A DNA stretch of 64,000 bases from the human T2T-CHM13v2.0 reference genome, Homo sapiens (GCF_009914755.1 NC_060925.1); one strand, 5' to 3'. Counted from the first letter of the stretch, positions 1 through 16,529 are shown. Program-made: numbers and translations. Notes: a model not told the origin generated them from the letters alone.

Positions 1-594
1 CATTTGTTCCTTAGCTCCTCGGGGAGACTGCCAACAAGCAGGCCAGCTCTCAAGCTGTATTGTGCAAAGATTTCTAGCTCACAGGAGTTGGATTTTTTTT
101 CCACAGGTAAAAATGTCAACGTCATAAAGCTGTCTAAACACATGTTGGAGAGCAACAACTTTTAGAAAGTAGTAGCCTGTGTTACTTATTTTTAGCAGAG
201 AAACATCAGTCTGGTGGATAAAGAGAAAAAGTTCTGTTGAGAATTCTAATGCTATATTTTCTACTCTGCTTGTAAACCTGTAATGACAAATATATTCCTG
301 AGAAATAAAGCAGTAGAAGCAGTGTTTGTGTTGTGAGTTTATGTTTATGTGCTATTAAACAAGCACAAATGTGAGTGATGCTAGCAGCTACTTTCATTGT
401 GCCAGGGATTCCCCACTCATGGGCTACATACCTTTGAGATGGGGAAGGCGGCACAGAGTTGTAGTAAAGAAAGGAGGAGGGAGCAATAATCCTCATGTTC
501 ATGTGGAGTTTTAACTGAGTGGTATTAAAAATGCAACCATCGTAATGTGATATGGAAGGGCCCTCAAATATTTTCTATTAAGAACAAAAATAAA

Positions 595-781
595 TCATCT
601 CATATCTTAGATTTGCTTCAGAATAATCTGAAGTGGGATGAGTAAGTAAAGCACAGATAAAATAAGGTGGGTCATGAGATGATAATTGTTAAAGCTGGGT
701 GATGGATACATGGAGGTTTGTTAAACAGTCTCTAACTTAGGATTTTTTTTTTTATTTTCCAAAATAATAAGCTTAAAAATA
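595..781 (+). mobile_element. Ancient L1ME-type 3' end fragment
   Basis: GATTTGCTTCAGAATAATC...GATAATTGTTAAAGCTGGGTGATGGATACATGG...TTTCCAAAATAATAAG resembles the L1ME 3' UTR terminus. Confidence 0.6.
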
Positions 782-3076
782 TTATGCTTAGAAAGGTTGG
801 AGACCACTGCTTTTATACTAAACTATCAAGTAATTTTGCTTAAAAATTCTTGCACTGGGTACCCAATTGATGACAAATATGAGAGTAGTCAAGTTGTTAA
901 AGCAAATATTAAAGTGGGTTACGGAATGCTACATAAGAGATACAATTCAATATTCTTACTATAGGGGTGCCCAGATCTAGTTTTTACACTTAATCTAATT
1001 TTTATCTCACATCAAATATTGGAAAGAAAAAACATAGCATTTGTGTACCCACAATGGATTATAAGATCTATTGACTGAGAAAAGCCTAAAAATTAATATG
1101 CATTTATCACAATTACCTGTTATGCCCTTTTTCCTTTTTCCCTCTCTTCCTGTCTCTATTTTTCTCTAATCCAGTGCTATTTACCTTAAGTTTGAAGATA
1201 ATGACCTATTTCATAATTTAAGTGGCAAACACAAATTAGAATACATCCTTTTGGGCTATTACTCACAACCACTTCGTCTGCGACAACTGTTCTACTTTTC
1301 TTTAGCCTTGGCAAGCTATTCAGAACAACATTTCCTTCTTTTCATTCTTATGCAGGGTGATTGTTTGGTGCTGATACAACATTGACTTTTCCCATAATTT
1401 AGCTTAGAGTGTTTTACACTGGGGAGTTCCAATGTGTTTAAATTGTAAAACTTTTTCCGAGCATTTTTGTAGCAGAACTCCATGTTCTAATAGCCCCGGC
1501 AAAGTTGTTTTTAATACTTTTTCTCTACGAATTTTCATTAAAATTTAATTCCATTTTAACTTTGTCAATTTTCCCCAAAGATAAATTAAGACACACAGAG
1601 AGATTGTCATTTCCTGTTTGAAGTCTCATTCCTGTGTACAATGTCAGTCTTTTTTATTTAGGCCTATGCCATTCCATCAGGGTAAATAACTTTCTAACTA
1701 GTCATTTAAGAGCAACTCCCGGGAAACTGTGATGCAATCCCACATATCAGCCAGGTGAGTTACGTTGGGATCAAAGATTATGTGATCGCATGTATGTGTG
1801 TTTCTTTGTCATATAAGTTATACTCTGGCTTATCACTGCGTGATAACTTTACATCAACTTCCCACATTCTTATCTTTTGAATGATATGTATGGTGAGCTG
1901 ACCAGTGGGTTTTAAGATGTAGTAGCAGAAGAATCCAACAGAAAACTGTGGAGATTTTAGCTGAGATAGGAATTTTTAGGTTGGTCATATTCGCTTTGGG
2001 GATGAATTGCCATGATTTTGTGCTCTCAAGGTATTGTCTTCTGCTTTCTTCAGTAGGTTTTGGAGATACTTTCAGAAATGTCTGCATTTCTTGTGAAAAT
2101 ACTAGAGCTAGTGATGTGTTCCTGTAGCATAGCGGGCTTTAATTTTTCCTGCTCACATACAGCCTAATAGAATTTTGAAAAATATGGTGTGTCCCCCTTG
2201 CACATTGTTAACAGCTGAAAACTTTTCTTATACGTTCAAATAGTCACAGAGGATGTGATTTCCCTGGTGTTGTAAATATTCTCCTTAAAAATATAACTGT
2301 TACATCACTTTTTAAGTAATAACTAATGTAATCTAAATGTTATGGCAATTCAATACCCCTACTATCCATTTAAAAACACATTATACATATTATTAAGCTT
2401 TCTTTAATAGATATTTACATCATTTTTTTCCTTAAACTCATGTTTCCATTCCACTTTGCCAAGGAATTTTGTTCCAATATATGTTTATGCTTGAACAAAT
2501 TGATGACCCTATGTTTCACTTCAACAAAAATATTTATATAAATAAAAATTTGTGTAAATTTACTTCCCTGTAATCATAACACCCAAACTTCTAGAGGGCT
2601 CACATTACAATTATTAGCAGTATATAATTGATCCAAATGATTTTAAACATTGACAAAAAGAGTTAATGTAAGTAAATGTTTACTAAGAAGTAAATGTAAT
2701 TTTACTAGAAATACATCTGTTAATGAGATAAATGTGCAGGGAATTGGGCTTTTTAATTTTTTAAAATTCTGCTTCTTTTATTTTCTGTTGTTTTAGGGCT
2801 TGTTTTGCCTGACAATCGGTTTGTGTGTATTTATTGCTGAATAGTTATTGCTTATTGCTGGAACGAGATAATTTCAGCATTGATATAGTCCGTATTTTAT
2901 ATTGTTATACATGCATGTCCTGAGAAGTCTTACCATATACATAAGTAGATGGCACTGAAGAAAGGCTTTTTTTGTGTGTTTATTTTGGAGATGAAATTTT
3001 ACTTAAACTCTTTGAATTGCTTCTGAGCTATATATCCAAAGTCACTCAGCAATCTTTTATTAAAAAATAATCTGGA

Positions 3077-3405
<329 letters not shown>

Positions 3406-5282
3406 TCACACTTGGCTACTACTTCCTACTGCCTTTCTTCTAGAACCTCTTAAGTGAGAAACAGATCTTAAAACTTTCACCAAGACCTCCCAGGCCCCAT
3501 GCTCCTCTCAGCCTGAATGCAGTTCGTTTCACTGCTTCTTCTCTGAGTAGTGCCAGTCGGCAGGTCGTCAGCAAGCAACACATTCACAGACTGGCTCCTC
3601 TAACTGGAGAGGGGATCCTGCCCTGAGACAGAGCCATGGGTGCTTCTCAGTAACTAGATGAGTGGAAGCCAAGCCCCAGATGCTGTCCTACAATGGCATC
3701 ACATTCCTCTGCCCTATTCTCATCTGTTAAATATGGATTACTATTAATAGCAACCTCTTAGGGTTAACTCAATGTTCCATTGAGTTGCTATACGTAAAAC
3801 TTTAAAATATTACACAAATGTTAGTAGCCCCATGTTGAGGATGTTTGAACATGATCTGTCCCAATCTTGATCTCCTCATTACATAAACCGGATCTGCTCA
3901 TAGAACATGATGCTAAGACACATGCAAAAATGTGGCCCAGCCATTTGGACCTGCATTTTATTCTCTAGCCACTTGGTTTCCCAGTTAATGAGCAAGGATC
4001 TCATTGACCACCTAGGTCCGCCTTGTTTAGATGAGCATTTGGACCCTGAGATGTTCTTACCTCAGCAGTGTTTTCTTCAGGTAACCTTTGATGCTTTCCC
4101 TCTTGTTCCACACATTATATAGTATGGGGCAAGAGACACTCCTGTCTTCTTTCTTGGCCTCTTTCAGGCTGAACTAAACCCAGACAAGCCTTCACTGGAG
4201 ATGGGGAATTGGATAAATATGGACACAACTGGAGATACAATGATGAAGAGAATTTAAATAACTCAGTCTGTTCACTAAATAAATCTAGATAAAAATAAAT
4301 ACTTACAATAAGAAAGCTTAAGGGAAAGTGACAAAACAGATTTTAACAAGGTATGCAGCTTTCTTTGGGGTATTAATGGTTTATTTTTATTTTTATAAAA
4401 ATATCTATTAGCAGTATTTATATAGTGAAAAATTAGACAAAGAGCAAAATATTTAACAAAAACTTTATTGTATTTTTTCTATTTTTCTTTCTTAAGATTT
4501 CATTTTGAAAGGTTTCAATTTATTAATCAGAAGTTTGCCTCAAATCAATGCTACACAGCAACTGCTGAAGTAATTTTAGTTACGTGTTAAGTTAAAAATT
4601 CCCCTCTAAACTGCATGTTCAATCAACTTTCACTGTGAAATAGGATTTGATGACATTTAATACTGACTCTCTTGATACAAAGGGTTGGGAAAAGGTCATT
4701 GAGTCAGTTGACATTTGCTGTGTGCCCACTGAGAGTGTGACTCTGTAGTAAGTATTATTATGTAGTAAGTATTAAGTATGAGGCACTTCATGGATCTGAA
4801 GGACTCCTCGAAAGTGAGACTTATTCAATGAAAAAGAAACTTTTATATGCTTACTACTCAAACTCTGGTGAATTTTTTCACCTTTATTTGTACTTGGGTC
4901 AGAGGGAGCTGTGACATCAAGGCAGTGATAAAGAAATAAGCCAGGGACATAAGGAATGGTATGGTAGGAGAACAGATGTAATTAAATATAGGTAGCTCCA
5001 AATTAACTAGTACAGTGCTAAGACTCTTCTGAATGCTCAGTTAATATTTATTGATGAGGCCATTCATACGCATACATCCTTTCTTTCCCCAAATCCCTTT
5101 GCAGGCAGCACATTGGAGGTTGTCTGGGCTCTGAAGTTCATCTTATAATATTCTCTGCATAAAATGAAATACATTCTGAGGTCTGAGACTGTTCGAGAAC
5201 TTTCAAATTCTTTTTTCACTTTTATAGTCCCCATATAATTTAACTTTTCTAAAAGTTTATAGACATGTTCATTTGGTTTAAA

Positions 5283-5393
5283 ATTTTTTTCTTTCTTTCT
5301 TTATGGCGGTAAATATACATCATATAAAATTTACCATTTTAACCATTTTTAAGTATATAATTCAGTGGGATTAAGCACATTCACAATATTGCA
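5283..5393 (-). mobile_element. L1MB-type 3' terminal fragment
   Basis: ATAAAATTTACCATTTTAACCATTTTTAAGTATATAATTCAGTGGGATTAAGCACATTCACAAT next to a T-rich tail. Confidence 0.75.
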
Positions 5394-6879
5394 TTGCTTT
5401 TTGTCTAGCTGAATGGGATTCTCAATGTGCCTGTGACAGAGATGAATGAAGTATTAGCTAAGAAACAATTGTAGTCAGCTTAAAGGACATTCCATAATCA
5501 CAGAATACTCAGTAGGGGACACAAATACACATCACATAGGAATTGAGTAGATCCCAAATACCATCCAAAGAGGCAGGAAAGCCCCATAACTGCTGTGTCA
5601 TGTGCAGCATCAGATCTTTGTTGGAACAGATTGTCTTATAGCAGGCCAATACGAATTTGTCATTGATGCATAATTAATGAACTGAAAAATGGATGAATGA
5701 GATTTCTCTCTAATTAATGTGTCCCTAATATCTGGCACAAAAGCAAGCTGTATTAATTAGTAGAGTGGTTGTTGTGTGTGTGTGATTGTGTGTGGATGTG
5801 GCGTGTCTGTCTGTAAGCATAGTTTGACATGTTTTATTTTTCAGCCTGTTTCTTTGTCTGCTCTTATCCTTCTTCCTAATTCCTACCCTCTCATCACTCC
5901 TTTTGTTCTTCTCAGAATTGCATTTTGTTTTTATATGTGGATGAGGGAGAAGGATGACAGATTGAATGATTCCATTTTTAGATGGATGTCTGAGCATACA
6001 TGAATTAATCAATATTTCATAATCTAGGTGATGAAAGCCCCTCCTTTTTTAAAGCATGAGGACATTATGCTTTGTGTGTGCAGCTTAACTACTATTAAGG
6101 TTAACGGAAATCAGGCGACAAAGCCCCTTTCTTGAGTTGATAACATGCACTAGTGTGCATCATTGTCAATTATACATACACTCTTAATCACTTTGGGAGG
6201 GAGGAGAGGTAAATCCCGCTGCTGAGCCAAAGCACCTCATGTAAGGATTATTGGCCAGCATTAGGATCTGAACTTAAAATCTGAATTCTCTATTTTCTTT
6301 CTAACTTATTCTACAATTGTTAATTAAGTCAAATATTCCCCTAGGAAATGAGTGAATGTGTGGGTGCTTGCACATGGGGGCGGGGAAGGGGGTGAAAATA
6401 AAAAACACTGAAGGCAAAGAGGAAGAATATTTTTGCATTCGTATTTTAGGACTACTAAAATGTGTAGCTTGTTTTTATAAAATCTTGAATCTGAATACTT
6501 GTCTGCAGATATAATATCTTCCATTAGGTGTATAGTTCTGGTATTTTTAGTTCCAGGTGTGAAATAACCTCTATTGAAAGATTTACTCCTCATTTGGCTA
6601 GACATTTCTTCATTCAACAGATATTTATGAAGTCTATTCTATGCCAGGTAGTAAGTGCTGTGAAGATAATTAGGCTTTTACCATCAAGTAGCTCCTTGAC
6701 TAATGAGAAAAACTGACATATAAACAGGCATTTAAAAATGTATGAGCATTCAGTTTGCTAGAGTTTAAATTCAAGCTCAAGACTGATGAAAGGAGAGGCT
6801 GGAGATGTAGGGAGAGGGCACATTGTGGAAAGTCAGTCCAGCAAAGATGCTGTAATGAACAATGATTTGAAATAACAGA

Positions 6880-7291
6880 AATGGAGTTCACACTCCCTGA
6901 CAGTTTAGCACAAGCCTTCCAGACTGTGGCCCTACCTAGAGTATTGAGTCTTCTGCTAGACCTCCTGCATCTGCCTACATCCTGGAGAAGAGAGGGAGGA
7001 GTTAGGCCTGAGTCCACCCTGGAGTGGCACACATCAGTTCTTCCCATGGTGATCATATGACCCAGTTTATGCCTGAATTCTCAGCACAACAATTAATAGT
7101 GCCCTCTTTCACTCTTAACAGTGTCTCGGTTTGGACAATAAATTACATGATCACATTAATTTCTCCCATATTCTATGAGTGAGAGTTCAATCACATGGTC
7201 ACACCTAACTTCAAGGGATGCTGGAAATCCTATGTGATCAAGAGGAAAAGGCAATGGATATTGTTGAATGCAAGGCAGTTTCTGTTGCACA
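6880..7291 (-). mobile_element. MLT1 (J/H-like) MaLR LTR fragment
   Basis: TCACATGGTCACACCTAACTTCAAGGGATGCTGGAAAT is a typical MLT1 motif; element ends in ...GCACA. Confidence 0.6.
7045..7158 (-). mobile_element. MER81-like hAT-Blackjack MITE inserted in the MLT1
   Basis: About 114 bp; TIRs GGTGATCATATG / CATGATCACATT; core AATAGTGCCCTCTTTCACTCTTAACAGTGTCTCGGTTTGGACAATAAATTA. Confidence 0.75.
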
Positions 7292-7520
7292 TGTCAAGAG
7301 GTTTAAAACTTTATTCTCCGTATCCATTGACTTTTGAACATGCTCACCTAAATACGAATATTTCTTTGAAGTCTTCCAGTATATTTTGCAAATTCATAGG
7401 GATCATGCATCCTGCTCCATATACGTGTGTTTTTCTTAAAATAAAATAATGTACTTTATTTCTTCAAAAATCTATACAAATAAGTAATGCTCCAGGAATA
7501 TGTTCCATTCTTTGTGGGAG

Positions 7521-7676
7521 AAATTCTTTGCAGGTATGTGCAAATTATGTATCTGCATATATAGAGATATCCAGCAGACTTTCAATAAAATATTAAAACA
7601 TGTTTATTTCTGATGGTAGAATTGGAGATGACGTTTCCTTTTTCTCTGCATTTTTCCACATCATTTTGGAATTTAA
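7521..7676 (+). repeat. Local direct duplicate of 8606-8771
   Basis: Manual alignment gives about 12 differences over a ~125 bp core. Confidence 0.92.
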
Positions 7677-8029
7677 GAACGGTTTTTATTAGTTTTATTA
7701 GTGAAGTTAGTTTTTATTTTAGTTTTATTTCATTTTTATGAAGAGCCACCTCATATAGCATTGGCTGTATGAATATCCAACTTGGAACACACAGCACTGA
7801 ACAAACAGTCAGGTAGAAGAATGACCTGGCCAGATTTTCATTTTAAATAGGACATTCTGACAGCTGCATGGAGTGCAGATTCCAAAAGACAGAGACTGGG
7901 AGCAGGGAGACCAATCCAGACTGTTATAGGTATCTGGATAAAAGACGATAGAGGATCTGATCTAGGTTGGTGATAGTAGGAATGTTTGGAGATTAAATCA
8001 GTAGAGCTAAATAAACCAAAAAAGAATTA

Positions 8030-8815
8030 TTGATAAATTTGACTATGTAAACAGTAAAGGTTTTGCTTCTTCAAAACATCATAAAATTAAGTTTAAAAAG
8101 TAAGGGACAAACTGTAAAAAACACTTGTGAGATATGAATGATAAGAAAGATGGGAAAGGTTGGCATCCTGGATATATTAAGAGCTCTTAACAATAAGAGA
8201 AAAGTATTCTAATATAAAAATGAACTCAGCAATTTATCAAAGAATAAACATGACCTCCAAAATGTTAAAACCTGACCAAAGATAAAAAAATACTGGAAAT
8301 AAAAATACAATCTTCATTATCATATTAGTGAAGATAGTCACAGAATACAGTACAGATATATGTACAAAGTATTCATCTTGGAACTGTTAATAACAATGAA
8401 AATTGAGAAAATAATTCTTTCAACGAAAGGTTTGTTAATAAATTATTATAGATCCCCCTATTGGAATATTAGGTAATGATTAAAAATTATTGCATAGATA
8501 TATAATATTGAAATAGAAAGTTGTTTGTGCATCACAATGCCTGTGACCTATTATTAAGTAAAAACTGGTTATCAAACTTCAAGTATAACATGCCAACTTT
8601 ATGTAAAATTCTTTTTGTGTGTGTGTGTGTGTGCAAAACATATATCTGCATATGTAGGGATACCTAGAAGACTTTCAATAAAATATTAAAACATGCTTAT
8701 TTCTGGATGGTAGAATTGCAGATAGCTTTTCCTTTTTCTCTGTATTTTTCCACATCATTTTGGAATTTTAAAATAGACACCATGCACTATTCATATAATT
8801 TTTAAGTAAACAAAG
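8030..8815 (+). mobile_element. Old L1ME 3' region
   Basis: A-rich ORF2-end/3' UTR-like motifs (TTGATAAATTTGACTATGTAAA; AATAAATTATTATAG...TGGAATATTAGGTAATGATTAAAA). Confidence 0.65.
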
Positions 8816-9812
8816 CCTTATTATTTGGGGGAAAAACAAAAGCTAGTAGGTATTTTTTACTCCAAGGGTGTAAAAAATAATGAGGACTTGGTGATTGATT
8901 GATTATAGAGAGCAAATGAGAAGGACTGGGCAAAGATGACTTTCAATTCTCTCATTCCTTGTAATAATTCACTGGCACTGAATGAAAGACAGTTATCCTC
9001 TCTCCTATCCCTTTACCCTGTTGTCATTCTTTTTGCTTTGCAACTTCTCATCCAGATTCGTCTCCTCCTAAGACTGTCCCTAGACTCTCTGAAATGCTTG
9101 TTCCAATGCTAACAGCCCCTCTGCATCCGTTACCTTATTTCAGAATGCTTTCTCCATGTTTTCCCTAACTGAATGGCAGAGGATTAGAGATGAGACATGG
9201 TGCTGGAAATGACTGACACAATATTCTTATACCAGTACAGGTTGTTTTGATGGCAGCATCCTATAATGAGGCTTCCAACCTAGCATCAGAGAAGATGGGA
9301 GATGAACAAATTTATGAGGGACACAGTACCAAGTGGACCTGTCTCAGGGTGTTCAAAGTAGCTGGGAGGTCCAGGGATGGGGTAAAGATTGCCAACAGAT
9401 TGCAAAGCCTGGTAAGGAGCAAGGCAACCCTCATACTTGTCTGAACTGATTGTTCAGGGCAGGAGAGGAGGCGCAATAGTGAAAGTAATGGCCAATCCTA
9501 GTTAACAATCTAAGAGGAACTGCCAACTCGTTATTTTTCTTTATCACAGTTTGCTTTGCAAACCAACAAGCAAAAATACCAACCTATTCATATACAAGCA
9601 TAAATGCCATCTGTGTAAATGTAAATACTAAACACAAGAGCTTTTCAATGATCAAGAGACATTAAAGATTGATGTCAGAGATATGTCCACTTCTTGAATC
9701 TTACTCTTTAGGGCCACCAGTCCCCAGACACTATCTTTGTATTTTTGTCATCATCGAGATCTTTGCCATTCGAGGCTAACTCATCCCAGTGATCAAGAGC
9801 CATGCATTTCTT

Positions 9813-11032
9813 CTTCGTCTCCTTCTTCTTCTTCCTCTTCCTCTTCCTCTTCTTCTTCTTACCATACTTTAAGTTCTGGGATACATGTACAGAATGTGCA
9901 GGTTTGTTACATAGATATACACGTGCCATGGTGGTTTGCTGCACCCATCAACCTGTCATCTACATTAGGTATTTCTCCTAATGCTATCCCTCCCCTATCC
10001 CCCAACCCCCAACAGACCCTGGTGTGTGATGTTCCCCTCCCTGTGTCCATGTATTCTCATTGTTCAACTCTCACTTATGAGTGAGACTATGCAGTGTTTG
10101 GTTTTCTGTTCTCGTGTTAGTTTGCTGAGAATGATGGCTTCCAGCTTCATCCATGTCCCTGCAAAGGACATGAACTCATGTCTTTATGACTGCATAGTAT
10201 TAGATGGTGTATATGTGCCACATTTTCTTTATCCAGTCTATCATTGATGGGCATTTGGGTTGGTTCCAAGTCTTTGCTATATGTGCATAGTGGTGCAATA
10301 AACATACGTGTGCATGTGTCTTTATAGTAGAATGGTTTATAATCCTTTCGGTATAGACCAAGTAATGGAATTGCTGGGCCAAATGGTATTTCTGGTTCTA
10401 GGTCCTTGAGGAATTGCCACACTGTCTTTCACAATAGTTTAACTAATTTACACTCCCACTAGCAGTGTAAAATCATCCCTATTTCTCCACATACTTTCCT
10501 GACTTTGTAATGATCGCCATTCTAACTGGCATGAGATGGTATTTCATTGTGGTTTTGATTTGTATTTCTCTAATGACCAGTGATAATGAGCTTTTTTTCT
10601 TATGTTTGCTAACATAAATGTCTGCTTTTGAGAAATGTCTGTTCATATCCTTTGCCCACTTTTTGATACGGTTGTTTGGTTTTTTTCTCGTAAATGTGTT
10701 TAAGTTCCTTGTAGATTCTGGATAATAGCGATTGTCAGATAGATAGATTGCCAAAATTTTCTCCCATTCTATAGGTTGCTTGTTCACTCTGATGATAGTT
10801 TCTTTTGCTACGCAGAAGCTCTTTAGTTTAATTAGATCCCATTTGTCAATTTTGGCTTTTGTTGCCATTGCTTTTGGTGTTTTAGTCATGAAGCCTTTGT
10901 CCATGCCTTTGTCCTGAATGGTATTGCCTAGGTTTCCTTCAAGGGTTTTTTATGATTTTAGGTCTTACACTTAAGTCTTTAATCCATCTTGAGTTAATTT
11001 TTGTATAAGTTGTAAGGAAGGGGTCCAGTTTC
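9813..11032 (-). mobile_element. L1PA (about PA7) 3' part: tail, 3' UTR and end of ORF2 (non-inverted arm of a 5'-inverted L1)
   Basis: ATACTTTAAGTTCTGGGATACATGTACAGAATGTGCAGG is an antisense L1PA 3' end; ORF2 C-terminal peptides on the minus strand ([20 protein letters not shown]; DTCTRMFIA); tail decayed to (TTC)n/(TTCCTC)n. Confidence 0.97.
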
Positions 11033-12636
<1,604 letters not shown>

Positions 12637-15101
12637 TGAGACAGGAAATGTCCATCTGACCTTATTACGGTAGAAGAAATTTTCCAGAGTTCATATGCTG
12701 ATGTAATTATTTTAAGAATTATTTTTATTTTTTAAAGTGGTAGATCCTTAGAACAATTGTCTTTGCTGTCACAGGCATAGCATATGGCTTATCATCTCCC
12801 GTTTAGAGGAATAGAGCACTGTAATTGCTGCAATCAGGTTTTATATTATTTTCTAATTAGGTTTTAGGAGTTCTTTTTATTTGCTTGGTTTATTTGTGTG
12901 TGTGAAATGTAACATATATATTTCTATGTCTTAACCTTTACTTCTTTTGGAAGGTCCTTATTTATTTTACATAGAAAAATTTTCCTTTTTCCACAAAGCT
13001 ATGACCACATAACTTACTTCCTTCTGTTCCAGTATTGTGTTTTATGTAATTTCCTATAAACAGCAGCAAACAACTTCAGTATACACTGGCTGTTTGTTCA
13101 GTGTTCTTGCAGTACTTACAATGGACATTTCTCAGCATAATTAATCTCTTTTTAAAATTTGGCCCTATTCTTATCAGCACCAATATTATACTTTGAAATG
13201 AATGGAAATGCTGTACTCATTGAAGGGATAAGGATTAAATCTTAAATGGGGTCTAGGGATGAAGTGAGGAGGGAAAAAACCCTTACAAACCTGGTGCTTT
13301 TTTTCTCCTTTGGAAGTGAAAAGCAACAGGCTATACTCTGTGAAAGAAAGGAAATGGTGCTGACGAGCTTTTCCCCAACCACTGTACACCTCTGGTTCAG
13401 AACTAGCAGAAGCCAATTAGTTATTTAGTTCACTCGCACATTTAAGCGTGATATTTGATTTATATGAGCATCAGGAACTAGATATTCAGGCATAATTCAG
13501 GTCCTTTTTCTCTTTCATTATAATGAGTAACTTTAATTCTTGTTTTATATTTGTTTGAATCCATGATCTGTTTTTAATCCTATATCTTCTGTATCTGACA
13601 GACTCCATTTCATCCATTTTTTTAGTTGTCCTTTTTTACTATATAGTTTTACAGAATCCAGGAAATCCTTTTCTTCTGTTAAAATGCTATCACTAGTAGT
13701 AATATTTCTAATGCCAATTTAAACCTTTTTATCCTAGCATACTTTGTGCAGAATGAATTGTTAAGTGCATCTATAGAAAACGAATGATTGGTATTCAGCC
13801 AAGCTTTGCCTATGTCTTTCCATGACCAAAAACAAGTCAGGTGAGAAGGAAAAAAAAAATTAATTAGTCTGTTGTTTATCTTTGTGGCTTTGAACAACCT
13901 ATTTCTATATTTTGGGAAAATTTGTTCTCATTGAATTACCGGGTATATTTATCATGTACATTAATACTTGAATTTTCATTATATAGCTCCATGGTGAAAA
14001 GTTTTGAATGAGAAACTATTTTTAATAGCCATTTCAGAAACAAGTGAGGTCAATGAGCATCTTGTTTTAGGAAGAGGGGGATGGTGTGGACATTGGAGTG
14101 AAAGGAAGTCCTATGTCAGAGGGCTCTGTGCACATTTTCCTGAAGTACCTCAGCGATGCTTAAATGTAATCTGTTATTTTAACCAATCATAATGGTTGCA
14201 TTTTGCCTTTTCTCATATTAAATTATAAAACTGATAACTTATAAATAGGGCAAAAGTTTATTTTTCAGGATGCCTTTCCCTTCTGTAACACTAACAGATT
14301 GAATTTTGTTTCCAAAGACTTCAAAAGCTACCAGATTATTGTGAAAGGAGAAACACTGTTTTCGAAGGCTGCTGATAATGCCTATTAGCCAGAAGAAAGA
14401 GCCTGAATCATTCAAAGGTTTTCCATCTAGTAAAGAAGTGTGGTAAAAATCTTGCCCAGATCTGCATGTGCTAAGCATCTACGTAAGTTGGAGCATCATA
14501 TTAATGACACCCAGTGAAGAAACGAAAGGTAAAACTATAATGCAATGTATTTCTGTGCCTCGTGTTGAAACTTCATATTCAAAGGCTAAAGGGACTTCAT
14601 TTTTCTTCTCCTTCCCCAGTTGTGTATTTCAGTTTTGTATTGAAATGTTCTCTGGATTCATAAAATATTTAGGGACTACATAAAGAATAAAGACTTTGGA
14701 ATCGAAGGCAAGATTCACCCAACACAACTTCTGTTAGATGAAACTAGGAAATCAGGATCTATCAAAGGCCCAGTGTTAATCGGTATCAGTTTCTCACCAT
14801 GTTTTGATTAGAAGAACATTGAACAGCAAACATTTAAGGATTTGTCTGACTGAATACTGACTTAAAGTTCTGATCTCTAGTAATGTCAGATATATTGCCT
14901 TGGTAGATTGTACAGGTCAATTGTTAAAGATGAAAACATAACTTACTTCTACATTTATTGTTTGAATAACTTTAGAGAAAAAAATTAATGTTATTTATTT
15001 TTCAGAATGAAGTGTAATTACTATATCAAAAATCCACAGAATGTGAAAGTATAAAGGAAAACTCTCAGGTGAGACTCGATTATTTTTATTTCAAAGATCT
15101 A

Positions 15102-15359
<258 letters not shown>

Positions 15360-16529
15360 CTATTGCAGTATTTGAATTTTTTCTTGTACATGTATAACTT
15401 TTTTAAAAAGAATGAGAAATGCTGTACAAGTGCAACTATTTTTACTGTAAGTTTTTATTTCCATAAAACTATAATTAAGTGTGTGGTCAATAGATCCTGT
15501 TATATAGCTATGATATCCCTTGAATTTGTTTACCTGGTAACACTAGCTCACGTTTGTAAATCCTTTGGAACTCCCAAAACGATTTTACATACATTACCTA
15601 ATTTGTAAGATTACAAAACTATTACATTAGCTTTTCTGGTTTTCTTGTCTTAATACGTGATTATCATATTAAACTGCAGTGTTTTTTTTTTTCCATCAAG
15701 TCACACACACAAAACAGGAAACCAGCAGTTGTAATTTCTTCAGCAATTCTTAATGTAAGTTTTTAATAGTTTAGTACTTTTCTTTCATAAGTATTGGACC
15801 AAGCTGTAATGGAATTATACGACTCATGCTTTCAGAACAGAGCCTTCTGTTACTCGTGTTTTTATCCTGATGGCCATATGACCATGTGAAGTTCCATCAT
15901 GATTCTGTTGGATGTTACCTTTGTCTTATCCACTGAACTCAAGCCAGGGTGTTGGAGAATTCAATAGCTGAGTCTGAGGGTAAATTAAAATACCAGTCAA
16001 AATTAAATGGACTGTGTGAAACAGGAGTGAGCTTACAGGTTATTATGAGATTTGTCCTGCCCAGTTTAATACAACCCCTTCTCTGCTGAAGGGTAAGTAG
16101 GAAGGCTTTTCATACAAATAGAAGACCAGGTCAGAAAAAAATCCACTCCTTTTCCTTCTGCTTGGCTTACTGGACTTGTAGGCAGACCTAGTTTTCCTAC
16201 TGTATTAATGGCTATGGAGCTGAATTTCTTTGCAATAGAAGTTGTTATTTGAGTTTAGCAACATTGATAAAATTGGCTCATCAAACCGTTTTATATTGAA
16301 AAGGGCTTCATGGACAGTGACCTGCTGTGAGTTGGCTGACAGCTGAAATGATGAACAATACTGTTTAGTTCTGCCCATCGTGCCTGCCAGAGACTAAGAA
16401 TAACTTGACCAGTAAGGAGGGTGGATCTTTGTTAGCTGTTCTGCATTATTTCTTCCAATTTAGTATTTAACCCCAAGAAAGAATCAATCGCATGTGGGTG
16501 GCTATTCATTGTAATATTTAAAGGTAAAG

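Larger units (their letters stand above)
6608..8950 (-). mobile_element. Fragmented L2 (pieces at about 6608-6860, 7820-8010 and 8880-8950) interrupted by younger elements
   Basis: TTCATTCAACAGATATTTATGAAGTCTATTCTATGCCAGG is an antisense L2 3' end; further L2-like blocks lie downstream. Confidence 0.55.
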
